From assembly GCA_046290465.1 (NCBI GenBank), contig JBKAGP010000001.1, forward strand, positions 1,728,001-1,792,000: a stretch of DNA of 64,000 nucleotides, given 5' to 3'. The notes beneath the pieces are model-generated. The model had not been told where the DNA came from, made no database searches, and saw only the letters and a list, made by a program, of their open reading frames with translations. Both the position numbers and the translations under genes were made by a program. Source of the stretch: Planctomycetota bacterium (GTDB taxonomy: Bacteria; Planctomycetota; UBA1135; UBA2386). Positions 20,004 to 29,849 of this stretch are shown here, in pieces. Numbering within the stretch: the stretch's first letter is position 1; every line of letters begins with the position of its first letter.

Positions 20004-21896
20004 CTACGGCGCGACCCGCTGCAGCCAGGCCTTGACGACCGGCTCGTTCTCGGCGGCGGCGAGGATCTCTTGCTTGCGTCCCTGCCACTGCGGCTGCAGC
20101 CCGCACGCCGGCAGGATCTTGGCGCCGAGCCGCGCGAACGGGCTGTTGGCTGGCGACTGGCGGAAGATCTCGGAGACCAGCCGCGCGTGCTCGAGCGGCA
20201 CCTTGCTGCCGAGATCGCGCAGCACGCACATCGCCGAGCCGAGCGCCCAGAAGCCCGGCTGCCAGCGGGTCTCGGCGAGCGCCGCTCCCTGCAGCCACTG
20301 GGCGACGAAGCGCACGCCGTAGAGGCGCTCCTTCGGCATGCCGCCGGTCGCGGTGATCACGACGGCCGAGTGCTGCGCCAGCGCGTCGGCGTAGCGGTGC
20401 CAGAACGGAGCGTCGCCGACGCCGGGCTTGTGGCCGGCGGCGCCGCCGATCACCGGCCACAGCTCGGCCATCAGCTTTAGCAGCAGGTCGCCGTGCTCGT
20501 GGTGCGCGCCCTCGGCGACCGCCGAGCCGACGCGCTGGCGCGTGCCGCAGTCGAACGCGTGCAGCTCGATGCGCCGACGGTCACCGTCGATCTTGAGCTG
20601 GCCCGTGACCAGGATCGTGTCGGCGCGTTCGTTCTCGGGCAGCTGGTCGCACAGCTGCTCCTCGGGCCACGGCCGGCCGAGCACCGCCCAACCGCCGTGC
20701 TGCGCCATCGCGAGCGCCGCGGTGCCGCGGTTCTGCGTGGTCAGCCAGACCTGCTCGGCGAACCACAGCGGCAGGCTGCGCGTCGCGCGGCCGACCTCTT
20801 CTTCCTGGTGCGGCTCGAGCTTCGGCTGCCCGTCCAGCGCCAGCGAGAACAGGATCACGTGCTTGTGGCCCTGGCCCTTGGGCGGCAGCACCCACTGCGG
20901 GTCGTCGAGGCCGGCGTACCAGACCGGCCGGTCGAGCCGCAGGATGTTGACCTGCGGGTTGGCCGGCGGCTGCGGCGGCGGCGGCAACGTCGCCAGGCGC
21001 ATGCGGTCGAACTCGGCCGTGAACGGCTGCAGCTCGTTGCCGATCATGTGGCCGTAGTTGACGTGCATCCGGTGCAGCAGCTCCTCGCCGGCGACGTGGT
21101 CCTGCTTCATCCGGTAGTGCTGCAGCAGCACCATGCCGGTCTGCGGGTGGTGCTTGCCGGGCTCGAACCGCGGCAGGATCAGCTCTTCCAGCAGCTCGGT
21201 CTTGCCGGCCTGCAGCAGGTCGCCCGCCGCCATCACCATGCCGTCGATCTGCGCGGCCTCGTTCTCGAGCACGCCGCGGTAGATCGTCGCCGCCCGGTCG
21301 TCCTCGTTGGCGGTCAGGTGCAGGCGCGCGCGCCACAGGTGCGGCCGCCAGGCCCCGTCGAGCGCCATCAGCTTCTCGACCTCTGCGGGGTAGCCCTCGT
21401 CGCCGACGCGACGATGGCGCACCTGCAGGTAGCCGTGCACGGCGTCGGGGTGGTTCGGGTCCTTCTCGAGCGCCTGCATCAGGAACTCCTCGCACTCGTC
21501 GAGGTTGCCCTGCTTCTCCTGCAGCATGCCGAGGCCGACCAGACCGGCCGGCGAACCCGGATGACGCTGCAGCAGCTCGTTGAGCGTGCCCTCGGCGAGG
21601 TCGAGGTCGCCGCAGTCGCGCTGCACCACGGCCAGCACCGTCAGCGCGCGCTCCAAGTTGTTCTTGTCGATCACCGTCAGCCGGTTGGCCGCGGCGATCA
21701 GGTCGTCGGCGAAGCCCTCGCGCAAGCCCTGCATGATCACGGCCGTCAGCCGCTCGGGGTCGTTCTCGTGCGCCTTGATCATGTCGGGAAGCACGCGCTT
21801 GCGGTACTCCTCGCGCTCGATCTGGACCGCACGTCCCTGCGGATCGACGGCCTGGATGTGGGTCGGCTTCTCGGGTTTGGGTTGCTCGTTCGACAT
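20004..21896 (-). CDS. Tetratricopeptide-repeat protein
   Basis: TPR-like helical repeats (ALTVLAVV..GDLDLAE, GLGMLQEKQG..ALEKDPN); coding-like codon bias. Confidence 0.8.
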   Translation of the reverse strand: MSNEQPKPEKPTHIQAVDPQGRAVQIEREEYRKRVLPDMIKAHENDPERLTAVIMQGLREGFADDLIAAANRLTVIDKNNLERALTVLAVVQRDCGDLDLAEGTLNELLQRHPGSPAGLVGLGMLQEKQGNLDECEEFLMQALEKDPNHPDAVHGYLQVRHRRVGDEGYPAEVEKLMALDGAWRPHLWRARLHLTANEDDRAATIYRGVLENEAAQIDGMVMAAGDLLQAGKTELLEELILPRFEPGKHHPQTGMVLLQHYRMKQDHVAGEELLHRMHVNYGHMIGNELQPFTAEFDRMRLATLPPPPQPPANPQVNILRLDRPVWYAGLDDPQWVLPPKGQGHKHVILFSLALDGQPKLEPHQEEEVGRATRSLPLWFAEQVWLTTQNRGTAALAMAQHGGWAVLGRPWPEEQLCDQLPENERADTILVTGQLKIDGDRRRIELHAFDCGTRQRVGSAVAEGAHHEHGDLLLKLMAELWPVIGGAAGHKPGVGDAPFWHRYADALAQHSAVVITATGGMPKERLYGVRFVAQWLQGAALAETRWQPGFWALGSAMCVLRDLGSKVPLEHARLVSEIFRQSPANSPFARLGAKILPACGLQPQWQGRKQEILAAAENEPVVKAWLQRVAP

Positions 21897-22077
21897 GATC
21901 TGGCTCTCGGAAATCGGCGGACGACGGTAGCCGTGGCGCACGCCAGAACCAACGTCGGGAACCGTGCCACACCGGATTGTTCGCCTCTGCAACGCGCACC
22001 TTGCGTAGGAAGGCCGCCGGCCTGCCCTGCCGGCCAACGCTCGCGATCCGCGAACCCATACCCCCTAGAGAAACGTC

Positions 22078-22677
22078 ATGCGCTTCCCCCTGATCTCCGC
22101 CGCCCTCGCGGCCCTCTGCTTCGCCCTCCCCACCACCGCCCAGAAGGTCCAGGTCTTCGGCGGCAACGGCCAACGCGCCGCCAGCACGATGATCCTGTTC
22201 GGTCAGGACATCATGGCCGGCCTGACCATCAACCACGGCCAGCCGGAGTGGAAGGACGAATACACCGGCATGATGGACAAGCTGAAGGGCAAGACCAACC
22301 GCCTCGGCAAGGACCTCTGGACCACGTTCATGACCAGCACGCCGGTCGAGATCGGCGGCGCCAAGGTCGCGCCGGGCTGCTACTGCGTCGGCCTGCACTG
22401 CGACAACGACGGCAAGATGGCGCTGGCGATGATCGATTCGACCAAGGCGATGAAGAAGGGCCTGATGCCGTTCGGCCCGCAGAACTGGAAGGCCGACGTG
22501 GTCGTGCCGATGACGCTCAACAAGAACGTCAGCGAAGAGGTCCAGCAGAAGATGCTGATGACCCTGAAGGCCAACAAGGAGAACCCGATGACCGGCTCGC
22601 TGACGTTGGCCTGGGGCCCGCACACGCTGACGGCGCCGGTGAAGGTGCACAAGGCGGAGAAGAAGGACCAGAAGTAG
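22078..22677 (+). CDS. Exported DUF2911-like protein
   Basis: Signal peptide; RLGKDLWT, VEIGGAKVAPGCY, LTLAWG. Confidence 0.7.
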   Translation: MRFPLISAALAALCFALPTTAQKVQVFGGNGQRAASTMILFGQDIMAGLTINHGQPEWKDEYTGMMDKLKGKTNRLGKDLWTTFMTSTPVEIGGAKVAPGCYCVGLHCDNDGKMALAMIDSTKAMKKGLMPFGPQNWKADVVVPMTLNKNVSEEVQQKMLMTLKANKENPMTGSLTLAWGPHTLTAPVKVHKAEKKDQK

Positions 22678-22728
22678 GCCGGGCGCATCGCCCGCTGCGG
22701 CGCTCCAACCCTCTGCTACCATGCGCGC

Positions 22729-23835
22729 ATGGATGCGAAGGAGACTGGAGCCGCCGCGCGGATCTGCTCAGCCCTTTTCTCGGTCTGCCTGCCGATCGCG
22801 GCGCAGCAGACGATTCAGGTAGGCGGCGCTTCTGGCGTCTCGTCGATCCCGGCCGCCATCGCGATGGCCCAGCCCGGCGATACGATCGTGGTCGGGCCCG
22901 GCATCTGGCCCGCGGACTTCACCGTCGACAAGGGGATCGCGATCCTCGGCGACGGAGCGCAGCTGACCCGAGGACCGTTCGGGCCGTTCGTCATCGACGT
23001 GGCCAACGTCCCCGCCGGCCAGACCTTCGTGCTGCGCGGCTTCGACACCGATGCGGCAGCGGCCAGCGACCTGTCGATCGATGCCAGCAACTGCGCCGGC
23101 CGGGTGCTGCTGCAGGAGCTGGGCATGAACGGCTTCAACGCGTGGCGCCTGAGCGCGATCGACGTCGCGCAACTGCAGGTCGCAGGTGTGGTGGCCCGCT
23201 CGTTCGTCGCAGCAAACTGCTCCACCGTCGTCGAACGACTGATCTACGACCCGGGCTTGACCGGATTGGTGATCCAGGGCGGACGCGCGGTGTTCGATTC
23301 GTGCTCGCTCAATGCCCCGTCTTCCGGGTTCGGCGGCCCAGCGCTGTGGATCCAGGACGCGCAAGTCGCGCTGACTCGGAGCACGGTGACATCGACAGGA
23401 CAGACCGCGGCGATCGGCATCGGTTCGGGCACGTTGTTGCTCGACCCGAGTTGCTCCGTTTCGGTGGCCTCGGGCCCGACCATCTCGGGCGGCGGTGTCG
23501 CAACGCCGTTCGAACTGACCACCCTGACGACGCGCGCCGATGCGCAGGAACTGACCATCGACCAGCATGGCCGTGCTGGTGACGGCTTCGTAACCGTCGC
23601 CGGTCTGCCTGGCGCCGAACTGCCGACACCGCTCGGCATCGCCTGGATCGATCCCGCGTCGCTGACGATCGCAGCGTTCGGCGCGTTCGGAGCCTCGCGT
23701 CGCCAGGTCGATACCGTGCCGCTCGCGGCCCTTCCGCTATTGCCTGCCGGGCTGACGCTGGTTCTGCAGACGGTGACCTTTGCGCCTGGTGGCGCCATCG
23801 GGCTGGGCTCGCCTTCGCTGGTCACGCTGCCATAG
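22729..23835 (+). CDS. Exported beta-helix-like hypothetical protein with a C-terminal ~95-aa domain
   Basis: SIPAAIAMAQPGDTIVVGPG is a typical beta-helix cap; codon usage atypical for the window. Confidence 0.7.
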   Translation: MDAKETGAAARICSALFSVCLPIAAQQTIQVGGASGVSSIPAAIAMAQPGDTIVVGPGIWPADFTVDKGIAILGDGAQLTRGPFGPFVIDVANVPAGQTFVLRGFDTDAAAASDLSIDASNCAGRVLLQELGMNGFNAWRLSAIDVAQLQVAGVVARSFVAANCSTVVERLIYDPGLTGLVIQGGRAVFDSCSLNAPSSGFGGPALWIQDAQVALTRSTVTSTGQTAAIGIGSGTLLLDPSCSVSVASGPTISGGGVATPFELTTLTTRADAQELTIDQHGRAGDGFVTVAGLPGAELPTPLGIAWIDPASLTIAAFGAFGASRRQVDTVPLAALPLLPAGLTLVLQTVTFAPGGAIGLGSPSLVTLP

Positions 23836-23892
23836 CGGAGCAGCCACCGGCCCGGCGCGAGTCGACCAAGGGGCGTTCTGCACGGCCACGCC

Positions 23893-23935
23893 ATACATAG
23901 GTCGGATTCGACGCGCCGGCCCCCGACATACGTAT
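23893..23935. promoter_or_regulatory. AT-rich 13-bp imperfect inverted repeat, candidate operator
   Basis: ATACATAGGTCGG-N17-CCGACATACGTAT (11/13 complementary). Confidence 0.4.
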
Positions 23936-24056
23936 TCCTCGTGGTCGCTTCCAACCGAGGCCGCCGTATGTTCTGCGCCCGGCGCCCCCCGGCATCGGGC
24001 CGCGCGTCGCCCGACCAACAGTACGGCGCCACCCCTGCGCCGAAGGAGAAGGAAGG

Positions 24057-24581
24057 ATGGAACCATTCATCGGTCAGATCATCATGTTCGCCGGCAACTT
24101 CGCGCCGCGCGGCTGGGCCCTGTGCGACGGCCAGTTGCTCGCGGTCAGCACCCACTCGGCGCTGTTCTCGATCCTCGGCACGACCTACGGCGGCGATGGC
24201 CGCACGACCTTCGGACTGCCCGACCTGCGCGGCCGCGTGCCGATGCATGCCGGCCACGGGCCGGGGCTCAGCAACCGCAAGCTCGGTGAGAAGGGTGGCA
24301 CCGAGACCGTGACGCTGGGCACCAACGAGATCCCGACGCACCACCACCTGATGACCGTCACCGACCAGCCGGGCAGCGTCGGTCGGCCGAGCGACCAGTA
24401 CCTGGCGACCAACGATCAGCGCGGGCAGAACTACGGCACGCCCATCGACGGCGAGAACGCGCACCTCAACCAGGCCGCGATCCAGAACACCGGCGGCGGC
24501 CAGCCGCACGCGAACGTGCAGCCGTTCCAGACGGTCCACTACATCATCGCGCTGACCGGCCTGTTCCCGTCACGTTCGTAG
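24057..24581 (+). CDS. Phage tail-collar domain protein (MdpB-like)
   Basis: MEPFIGQIIMFAGNFAPRGWALCDGQLL..LFSILGTTYGGDGRTTFGLPDLRGR..QPHANVQP..YIIALTGLFPSR. Confidence 0.92.
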   Translation: MEPFIGQIIMFAGNFAPRGWALCDGQLLAVSTHSALFSILGTTYGGDGRTTFGLPDLRGRVPMHAGHGPGLSNRKLGEKGGTETVTLGTNEIPTHHHLMTVTDQPGSVGRPSDQYLATNDQRGQNYGTPIDGENAHLNQAAIQNTGGGQPHANVQPFQTVHYIIALTGLFPSRS

Positions 24582-24644
24582 CGGCTGCGGCGAACCGGCG
24601 ACACACGTTGCGGCGTGCCCCGGCGATGCGCGATGCTGCCCGGC

Positions 24645-25388
24645 ATGCTCGCCCGCCTGCTCGAGGTCCTCGTCCTGCCGCCCGCCTCGGTGTTCCTGCT
24701 GCTGGTCGCCGGCACCGCGCTGCTGCGCTGGAAGCGGCGGCTCGGCCGCACGCTGCAGGTGCTCGCGCTGGTCTGGCTGTGGCTGGCCGCGACGCCGTGC
24801 ATCGGCGGACTGCTGCTGTGCTCGCTGCAGAGCTACCCGGCGCTGCCGCCTGCACAGAGGTTGCCCGAGGCGCAGGCGATCGTCGTGCTGGCCGCCGGCG
24901 CCGACCGCGTTGGTGAGGAGTACGGCGGTGCGGTGATCGGGCCGATGACGATGCAGCGGCTGCGCTACGGCGCGCAGCTGCAGCGGCGCACGGGCCTGCC
25001 GATGCTGGTCAGCGGCGGCCGGCCGGCGACCGGCGCGCCGTCGCTGGCCGCGATGATGAAGCAGGCCGCCGAACGCGAACTCGGTGTCGAGGTTCGCTGG
25101 GTCGAGGAGCGCTCGGCCAACACGTTCGGCAACGCGCGCGAGAGCGCCCGCATCCTGACCGAGGCCGGCGTGCGGCGGGCACTGCTGGTGACCAGCGCGT
25201 GGCACATGCCGCGCTCGGTGGAGTCGTTTGCGGGGTTCGGCCTCGAGGTCGTGGCCGCGCCGACCGGCTTCCGCACCGAGCTGTTCGCGAGCTGGCGCAG
25301 CTTCGTCCCCCACTGGAACGGGCTGCGCGACACCTGCCTGGCGATGCACGAGTGGGGCGGGCGGATCGTCTACGCGATGACGCCGTGA
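24645..25388 (+). CDS. YdcF/ElyC (DUF218) family membrane protein
   Basis: Two N-terminal TM segments; LVSGG, EERSANT, LVTSAWHMPR, MHEW; alternative ATG at 24633. Confidence 0.9.
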   Translation: MLARLLEVLVLPPASVFLLLVAGTALLRWKRRLGRTLQVLALVWLWLAATPCIGGLLLCSLQSYPALPPAQRLPEAQAIVVLAAGADRVGEEYGGAVIGPMTMQRLRYGAQLQRRTGLPMLVSGGRPATGAPSLAAMMKQAAERELGVEVRWVEERSANTFGNARESARILTEAGVRRALLVTSAWHMPRSVESFAGFGLEVVAAPTGFRTELFASWRSFVPHWNGLRDTCLAMHEWGGRIVYAMTP

Positions 25389-25418
25389 GTGGCCCCACCC
25401 GGGCCGTCGCCGACAGGG

Positions 25419-27335
25419 CTACTGCATCAGGATCGGGTCCGTGAACGGGCCGACGCCGCCGTTGTTGTCGACGGTCGCACCGATCGCGTAGACCGGCAGG
25501 CCGAGCAGCTGGCCGACGTTCGGGATCAGCGGGAAGTTGACCGAACCGTTGGCGCCGACGAGGTCGCGGTTGACCGACGGCAGCGACTGCGTCGCGATGA
25601 TCACCGAAGCCTCGGTCAGCGGGTCGTAGCCGATGTTGAGCGTCGTGCCGAGGGTGTCCAGCGGGATCGTGTTCGGCGCGCTCGACAGCGAGAAGAACAC
25701 GTAGCACTGCAGACCCTGCGAGCTGGCCGCGTCGTTCTGGTACATCACACCACCGTTGCTCGCGGTGTTGTCGATCAGGCGCGGGTACTTGATGCCCGAG
25801 ACCCACAGGTTGTTGACCGTGTTGCCGCCGCCGGTGCCGGCGAAGGTGCGGTCGTCCTGCCACAGGATGTTGCAGTCGCCGTTGGCCGTCAGGCACATGC
25901 GCGGGTTGTCGACGTCGACGCCGCTCGGGAACGTGCCGCAGCCGTCGAAGCTGGTGACGTCCAGGTGCTCGAAGGTCTGGCCGCCGTCCGAGCTCAGCGA
26001 CACGGTGATGCCCTCACCGCCGCCGCAGTTGTTCTCGTACATCGCCGCGATCATGTCGCCGGCCATGTAGATGTCGTAGATCGGGTTGGGGTCGAGCTGG
26101 CTCAGCGGGACCTCGACGTGGGTGCCGTTGACGAAGTCGAGGCCACCGTTGTTGCTGACCGCGACGACCGCCTGGTTGTTGGCGTTGTTGTTGCTGCCGT
26201 TGAGGCGGTCGTCGACGTAGAGCACGGCGACGCGCTGGTTCTGCGCGACGACCAGCATGTCGTCGATGTCGCCGCCGCTGCCGAGCGTCAGGGTGTTGAT
26301 CGCGACGCCGGTCGCGCCCCACGTCAGGCCGAGGTCCTGCGACCAGTCCATCCAGACGTCGTCCTGACCGTTGAGCGAGTGCTCCATGAACGTGTAGACG
26401 TTGGGCAGGTCGACGGCGGCGCGCGGGCGGCGCGGCGCGGCCCAGCTGAGCGTCGGCAGCACCGTGTGCTGGTACTCGGGGATCGTCGCCCAGTCGGTGC
26501 CGTTGTTGCGCGAGGTCATCGAGAAGTAGTCGTTGGAGACGCCGCTGCGGTCGTCGCACCAGATCACGTGCACGACCGGGCCGTCACAGTCGATCGCCGT
26601 GAAGTCGACGTCGAACTGCTGCGCCGTCCAGGCGACGTTGAGGCGCGTCGTCGGCACCGTGACGTTGAGCGCACCGCCCTGGACCTCGGCCTGCACGAAG
26701 TAGATGTCCTCGTTGCCGGCCGTCGGCGTGTCCGACTCGAACACGACGTTGAGGCTGGCGGCGGCGCCGTTGCGCGAGATCGCGCAGTTGACCTCGTCGG
26801 CGTCGCGCAGCGTGGTCAGGAACTCGGGCGACAGCAGCGTCGGCGCCGTCCAGGTCTGCCCCTGGTCGTCCGAGCCGATCGCGAACACCGCCTGCTCGCC
26901 GGCGACCAGCGTGTGGCCGTTGCTGGCCCAGACGATGAAGACGTCGTGCTCGCTGGCGACGATGCGGGTGTCGCCGGTCGAGAAGACCTCGTTGGTCTGG
27001 ACCGTGTAGAGCACCTGCGCCGACTCCCAGCTCCAGCCGCCGTCGATCGAGCGACGGAAGCGCACGCTCTCGACGCCCGACGCGTCGGTGTCGAGGTAGG
27101 TCATGTAGCAGACGTTGGCGGTCGGCACGGTGCCGGCCGGGCCGGCGGGCAGACGCTCCGACGGGCACGCGATGCGCCACGAGCCGTAGCCGTGCACGGC
27201 GTTGTTGACGAAGTTCTCGTTGACCTTCACTTCGTCGCGCGGGAGGCGCGACGAACGCGGGTAGAGTTGGGCGGTGGCCGTGGCGCCGAAGGAGGCGACG
27301 GCCAGCAGGATCATTGCGGACTTGGTTGCTTGCAT
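25419..27335 (-). CDS. Exported BNR/Asp-box (sialidase-like fold) beta-propeller protein
   Basis: Signal peptide; six Asp-boxes ([48 protein letters not shown]). Confidence 0.85.
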   Translation of the reverse strand: MQATKSAMILLAVASFGATATAQLYPRSSRLPRDEVKVNENFVNNAVHGYGSWRIACPSERLPAGPAGTVPTANVCYMTYLDTDASGVESVRFRRSIDGGWSWESAQVLYTVQTNEVFSTGDTRIVASEHDVFIVWASNGHTLVAGEQAVFAIGSDDQGQTWTAPTLLSPEFLTTLRDADEVNCAISRNGAAASLNVVFESDTPTAGNEDIYFVQAEVQGGALNVTVPTTRLNVAWTAQQFDVDFTAIDCDGPVVHVIWCDDRSGVSNDYFSMTSRNNGTDWATIPEYQHTVLPTLSWAAPRRPRAAVDLPNVYTFMEHSLNGQDDVWMDWSQDLGLTWGATGVAINTLTLGSGGDIDDMLVVAQNQRVAVLYVDDRLNGSNNNANNQAVVAVSNNGGLDFVNGTHVEVPLSQLDPNPIYDIYMAGDMIAAMYENNCGGGEGITVSLSSDGGQTFEHLDVTSFDGCGTFPSGVDVDNPRMCLTANGDCNILWQDDRTFAGTGGGNTVNNLWVSGIKYPRLIDNTASNGGVMYQNDAASSQGLQCYVFFSLSSAPNTIPLDTLGTTLNIGYDPLTEASVIIATQSLPSVNRDLVGANGSVNFPLIPNVGQLLGLPVYAIGATVDNNGGVGPFTDPILMQ

Positions 27336-27554
27336 TGCGTTTGGATCTCTGGGTCCAGGTGGAAGCGCACCTGTCTAGACCTCCCCCGCACACCCACCGT
27401 GAACGCCGTGTCAAGCAACCAAGTTGGCGGATCCTTCACGGCGTCCAAACAGGGTCGTGCGCACGACGACGTAGCCGACGGCGCCCGCGGCCCGAGCCCG
27501 GTTGGGAATCCCGGTCGAGAATCTGCACGAGCCCCTTGCCAGCGCCGCTCGCCG

Positions 27555-27593
27555 CATGCATATTCATGCGCTTCCTCCGCATAATTATGCCCT
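27555..27593 (+). promoter_or_regulatory. Tandem ARG boxes (ArgR operator)
   Basis: TGCATATTCATGCG (27557) and CGCATAATTATGCC (27578), 21-bp period, at the argR start. Confidence 0.85.
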
Positions 27594-28072
27594 CGAACAC
27601 CCAGACCGACCGCCAGCAGCGCCGGGACAAGATCCTGCAGCTGGTCGCGCGCCACCGCATCACCAGCCAGGCCCAGCTCCAGGACCTGCTGCTCGAGGCG
27701 AACATCGAGGTCAACCAGGCGACGCTGTCGCGCGACCTGCGCGACCTGCTGATCGTCAAGACCCAGCACGGCTACCAGCTGCCCGGCGACGCCGCCGCAG
27801 CGCCGGCCGAGACCCTGCAGAGCAGCCTCTGGCACGCGGTGCGCACCTGGCTGCGCGCGGCCACCGCGGCGCAGAACCTGCTGGTCCTGCACACCCCGCC
27901 CGGCGGCGCCCAGGCGCTCGGCCTGGCGCTCGACAAGGCCGGCCTCGGTGAGGTCGTCGGCACGATCGCCGGCGACGACACGGTGCTGGTGATCTGCCCC
28001 AGCGACGCCAAGGCGCGGCGGCTGCAGAAGCAGCTGCTGCAGCAGGCGGACCTGCACCGGAGCGTGACATGA
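27587..28072 (+). CDS. argR: Arginine repressor
   Basis: [28 protein letters not shown]. Confidence 0.95.
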   Translation: MPSNTQTDRQQRRDKILQLVARHRITSQAQLQDLLLEANIEVNQATLSRDLRDLLIVKTQHGYQLPGDAAAAPAETLQSSLWHAVRTWLRAATAAQNLLVLHTPPGGAQALGLALDKAGLGEVVGTIAGDDTVLVICPSDAKARRLQKQLLQQADLHRSVT

Positions 28073-29031
28073 AGACCTGCGCGATCGTCGGAGCCACCGG
28101 CTACACCGGCCAGGAGCTGCTGCAGCTGCTGGCTCGCCACCCCCACCTCGACGCGACCGTGGCGATGACCGCGCGCGCCGGCGTGGTCCCCGACCAGCCC
28201 GGCATCGACGCGCTCGACCTCGACCGGCTCGCACACGTCGACGGGGTGTTCCTGTGCACGCCGCACGGCGCCGCCAGCGCGATCGCCACCGCTGCGCTCG
28301 AGGCCGGTCGCAAGGTCGTCGACCTGTCGGCCGACTTCCGGCTGCGCGATCCGGCGACGTTCGCGGCCACCTACGGCGACCAGCACCCGGCCCCGCAGCT
28401 GCTCGGCGAGGCCGTCTACGGACTGACCGAGCACGCGCGCGCCCGGGTCGCGCAGGCGCGGCTGGTCGCCAACCCGGGCTGCTACCCGACGTCGGTGCTG
28501 CTGCCGCTGCTGCCGCTCGCCGCGGCGGGCCTGCTCGACGCCGACGCGGTGGTGATCGCCGACAGCAAGAGCGGCGTCAGCGGTGCCGGCAAGAACCCGA
28601 GCGAGCGCACCCACTTCGGCAACGTGCACGAGAACTTCCTGGCCTACGGCATCGGCAGCCACCGCCACGCGCCCGAGATCGCCCAGGAGTTCGGCCGGTC
28701 GATCGTGTTCACGCCGCACCTGCTGCCGACGTTCCGCGGCATCCTCAGCACGATCTACGTGCAGCCGACGGCCGGCAGCTCCGTCGACGACGTGCGCGCG
28801 TGCCTGCACGAGCGCTACGCCGACGAGCCGTTCGTCCGGGTGCTGGCCGAAGGCACGCCCGAGCTGCGCGACGTGCAGCGCAGCAACCGCTGCCACGTCG
28901 CCGTGCACGCGAGCGGACCGCTGGTCGTGATCACCAGCGCGATCGACAACCTGGTCAAGGGCGCCGCCGGCCAGGCGCTGCAGAACATGAACCTGATGCT
29001 CGGACTCGACGAACCGGAGGGATTGCAATGA
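28069..29031 (+). CDS. argC: N-acetyl-gamma-glutamyl-phosphate reductase
   Basis: [41 protein letters not shown]. Confidence 0.97.
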   Translation: MKTCAIVGATGYTGQELLQLLARHPHLDATVAMTARAGVVPDQPGIDALDLDRLAHVDGVFLCTPHGAASAIATAALEAGRKVVDLSADFRLRDPATFAATYGDQHPAPQLLGEAVYGLTEHARARVAQARLVANPGCYPTSVLLPLLPLAAAGLLDADAVVIADSKSGVSGAGKNPSERTHFGNVHENFLAYGIGSHRHAPEIAQEFGRSIVFTPHLLPTFRGILSTIYVQPTAGSSVDDVRACLHERYADEPFVRVLAEGTPELRDVQRSNRCHVAVHASGPLVVITSAIDNLVKGAAGQALQNMNLMLGLDEPEGLQ

Positions 29032-29849
29032 GGATCCTCGTCAAGATCGGTGGCGCCCAGCTCGAGCGCCCCGAACCGCGCGCGCGGCTGTGCGCGGCGA
29101 TCGCGAGCGCGCGCAGCCACGGCGACGAGGTCGTCGTGGTGCACGGCGGCGGCAACCAGATCCGCGAACTGGGCGGCCGCCTGGGCCTGGCCGACCGCTA
29201 CCACGAAGGCCTGCGCATCACCGACGAGGCCACCGCCAGCGCCGCGCTGATGGTGCTCGGCGGCGCCGTCAACCGCACCCTGGTGCAGGCGCTGCAGACC
29301 GCCGGCGTCGGCTCGGTCGGCCTGACCGGCGCCGACGGCGCCACCTTCACAGCCGCCCCGCTGCGCCGCGACGGCGTCGACCTCGGCTACGTCGGCGAGG
29401 TCGACCAGGTCGATGGCCGGCTGGTCGAAACGCTGCTGAAGGCCTCGATGGTGCCGGTGATCGGCACGGTCGCGCCGCGCGCCGACGCGACCGCGGGCGA
29501 GCCGTTCTTCAACATCAACGCCGACCACGCCGCCGGCCCGCTGTGCCGCGCGCTGCGCTGCGATGCGCTGCTGTTCCTGACCGACGTCGCCGGCGTGCTC
29601 GACGGCAACGGCAAGCTGATGCCGCTGCTGACCGAGGCCGACTGCGACCGCCTGGTCGCGACCGGCGTCGCCACCGGTGGCATGCTGCCGAAGCTCGACG
29701 CGGCGCGCCGGGCCGCGCGCGAGAACCCGCGCGCGATCGTCAAGATCGCGCCGGCCGACGCCGACGACTGCGTGCGCAGCGCCCTGCGCGACGGCGCCGG
29801 CAGCCGGTTCTTCGCCAGCCAGAACGGCAAGGAGCTGCAGCATGGCTGA
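29028..29849 (+). CDS. argB: Acetylglutamate kinase
   Basis: VKIGG, VVVHGGG, GLRITD, NINAD, TDVAGV, GGMLPK. Confidence 0.95.
   Translation: MRILVKIGGAQLERPEPRARLCAAIASARSHGDEVVVVHGGGNQIRELGGRLGLADRYHEGLRITDEATASAALMVLGGAVNRTLVQALQTAGVGSVGLTGADGATFTAAPLRRDGVDLGYVGEVDQVDGRLVETLLKASMVPVIGTVAPRADATAGEPFFNINADHAAGPLCRALRCDALLFLTDVAGVLDGNGKLMPLLTEADCDRLVATGVATGGMLPKLDAARRAARENPRAIVKIAPADADDCVRSALRDGAGSRFFASQNGKELQHG

Noticed and set aside
24057..24581. Prophage or contractile injection system
   Set aside because: No integrase, capsid, sheath, tube or baseplate genes nearby.
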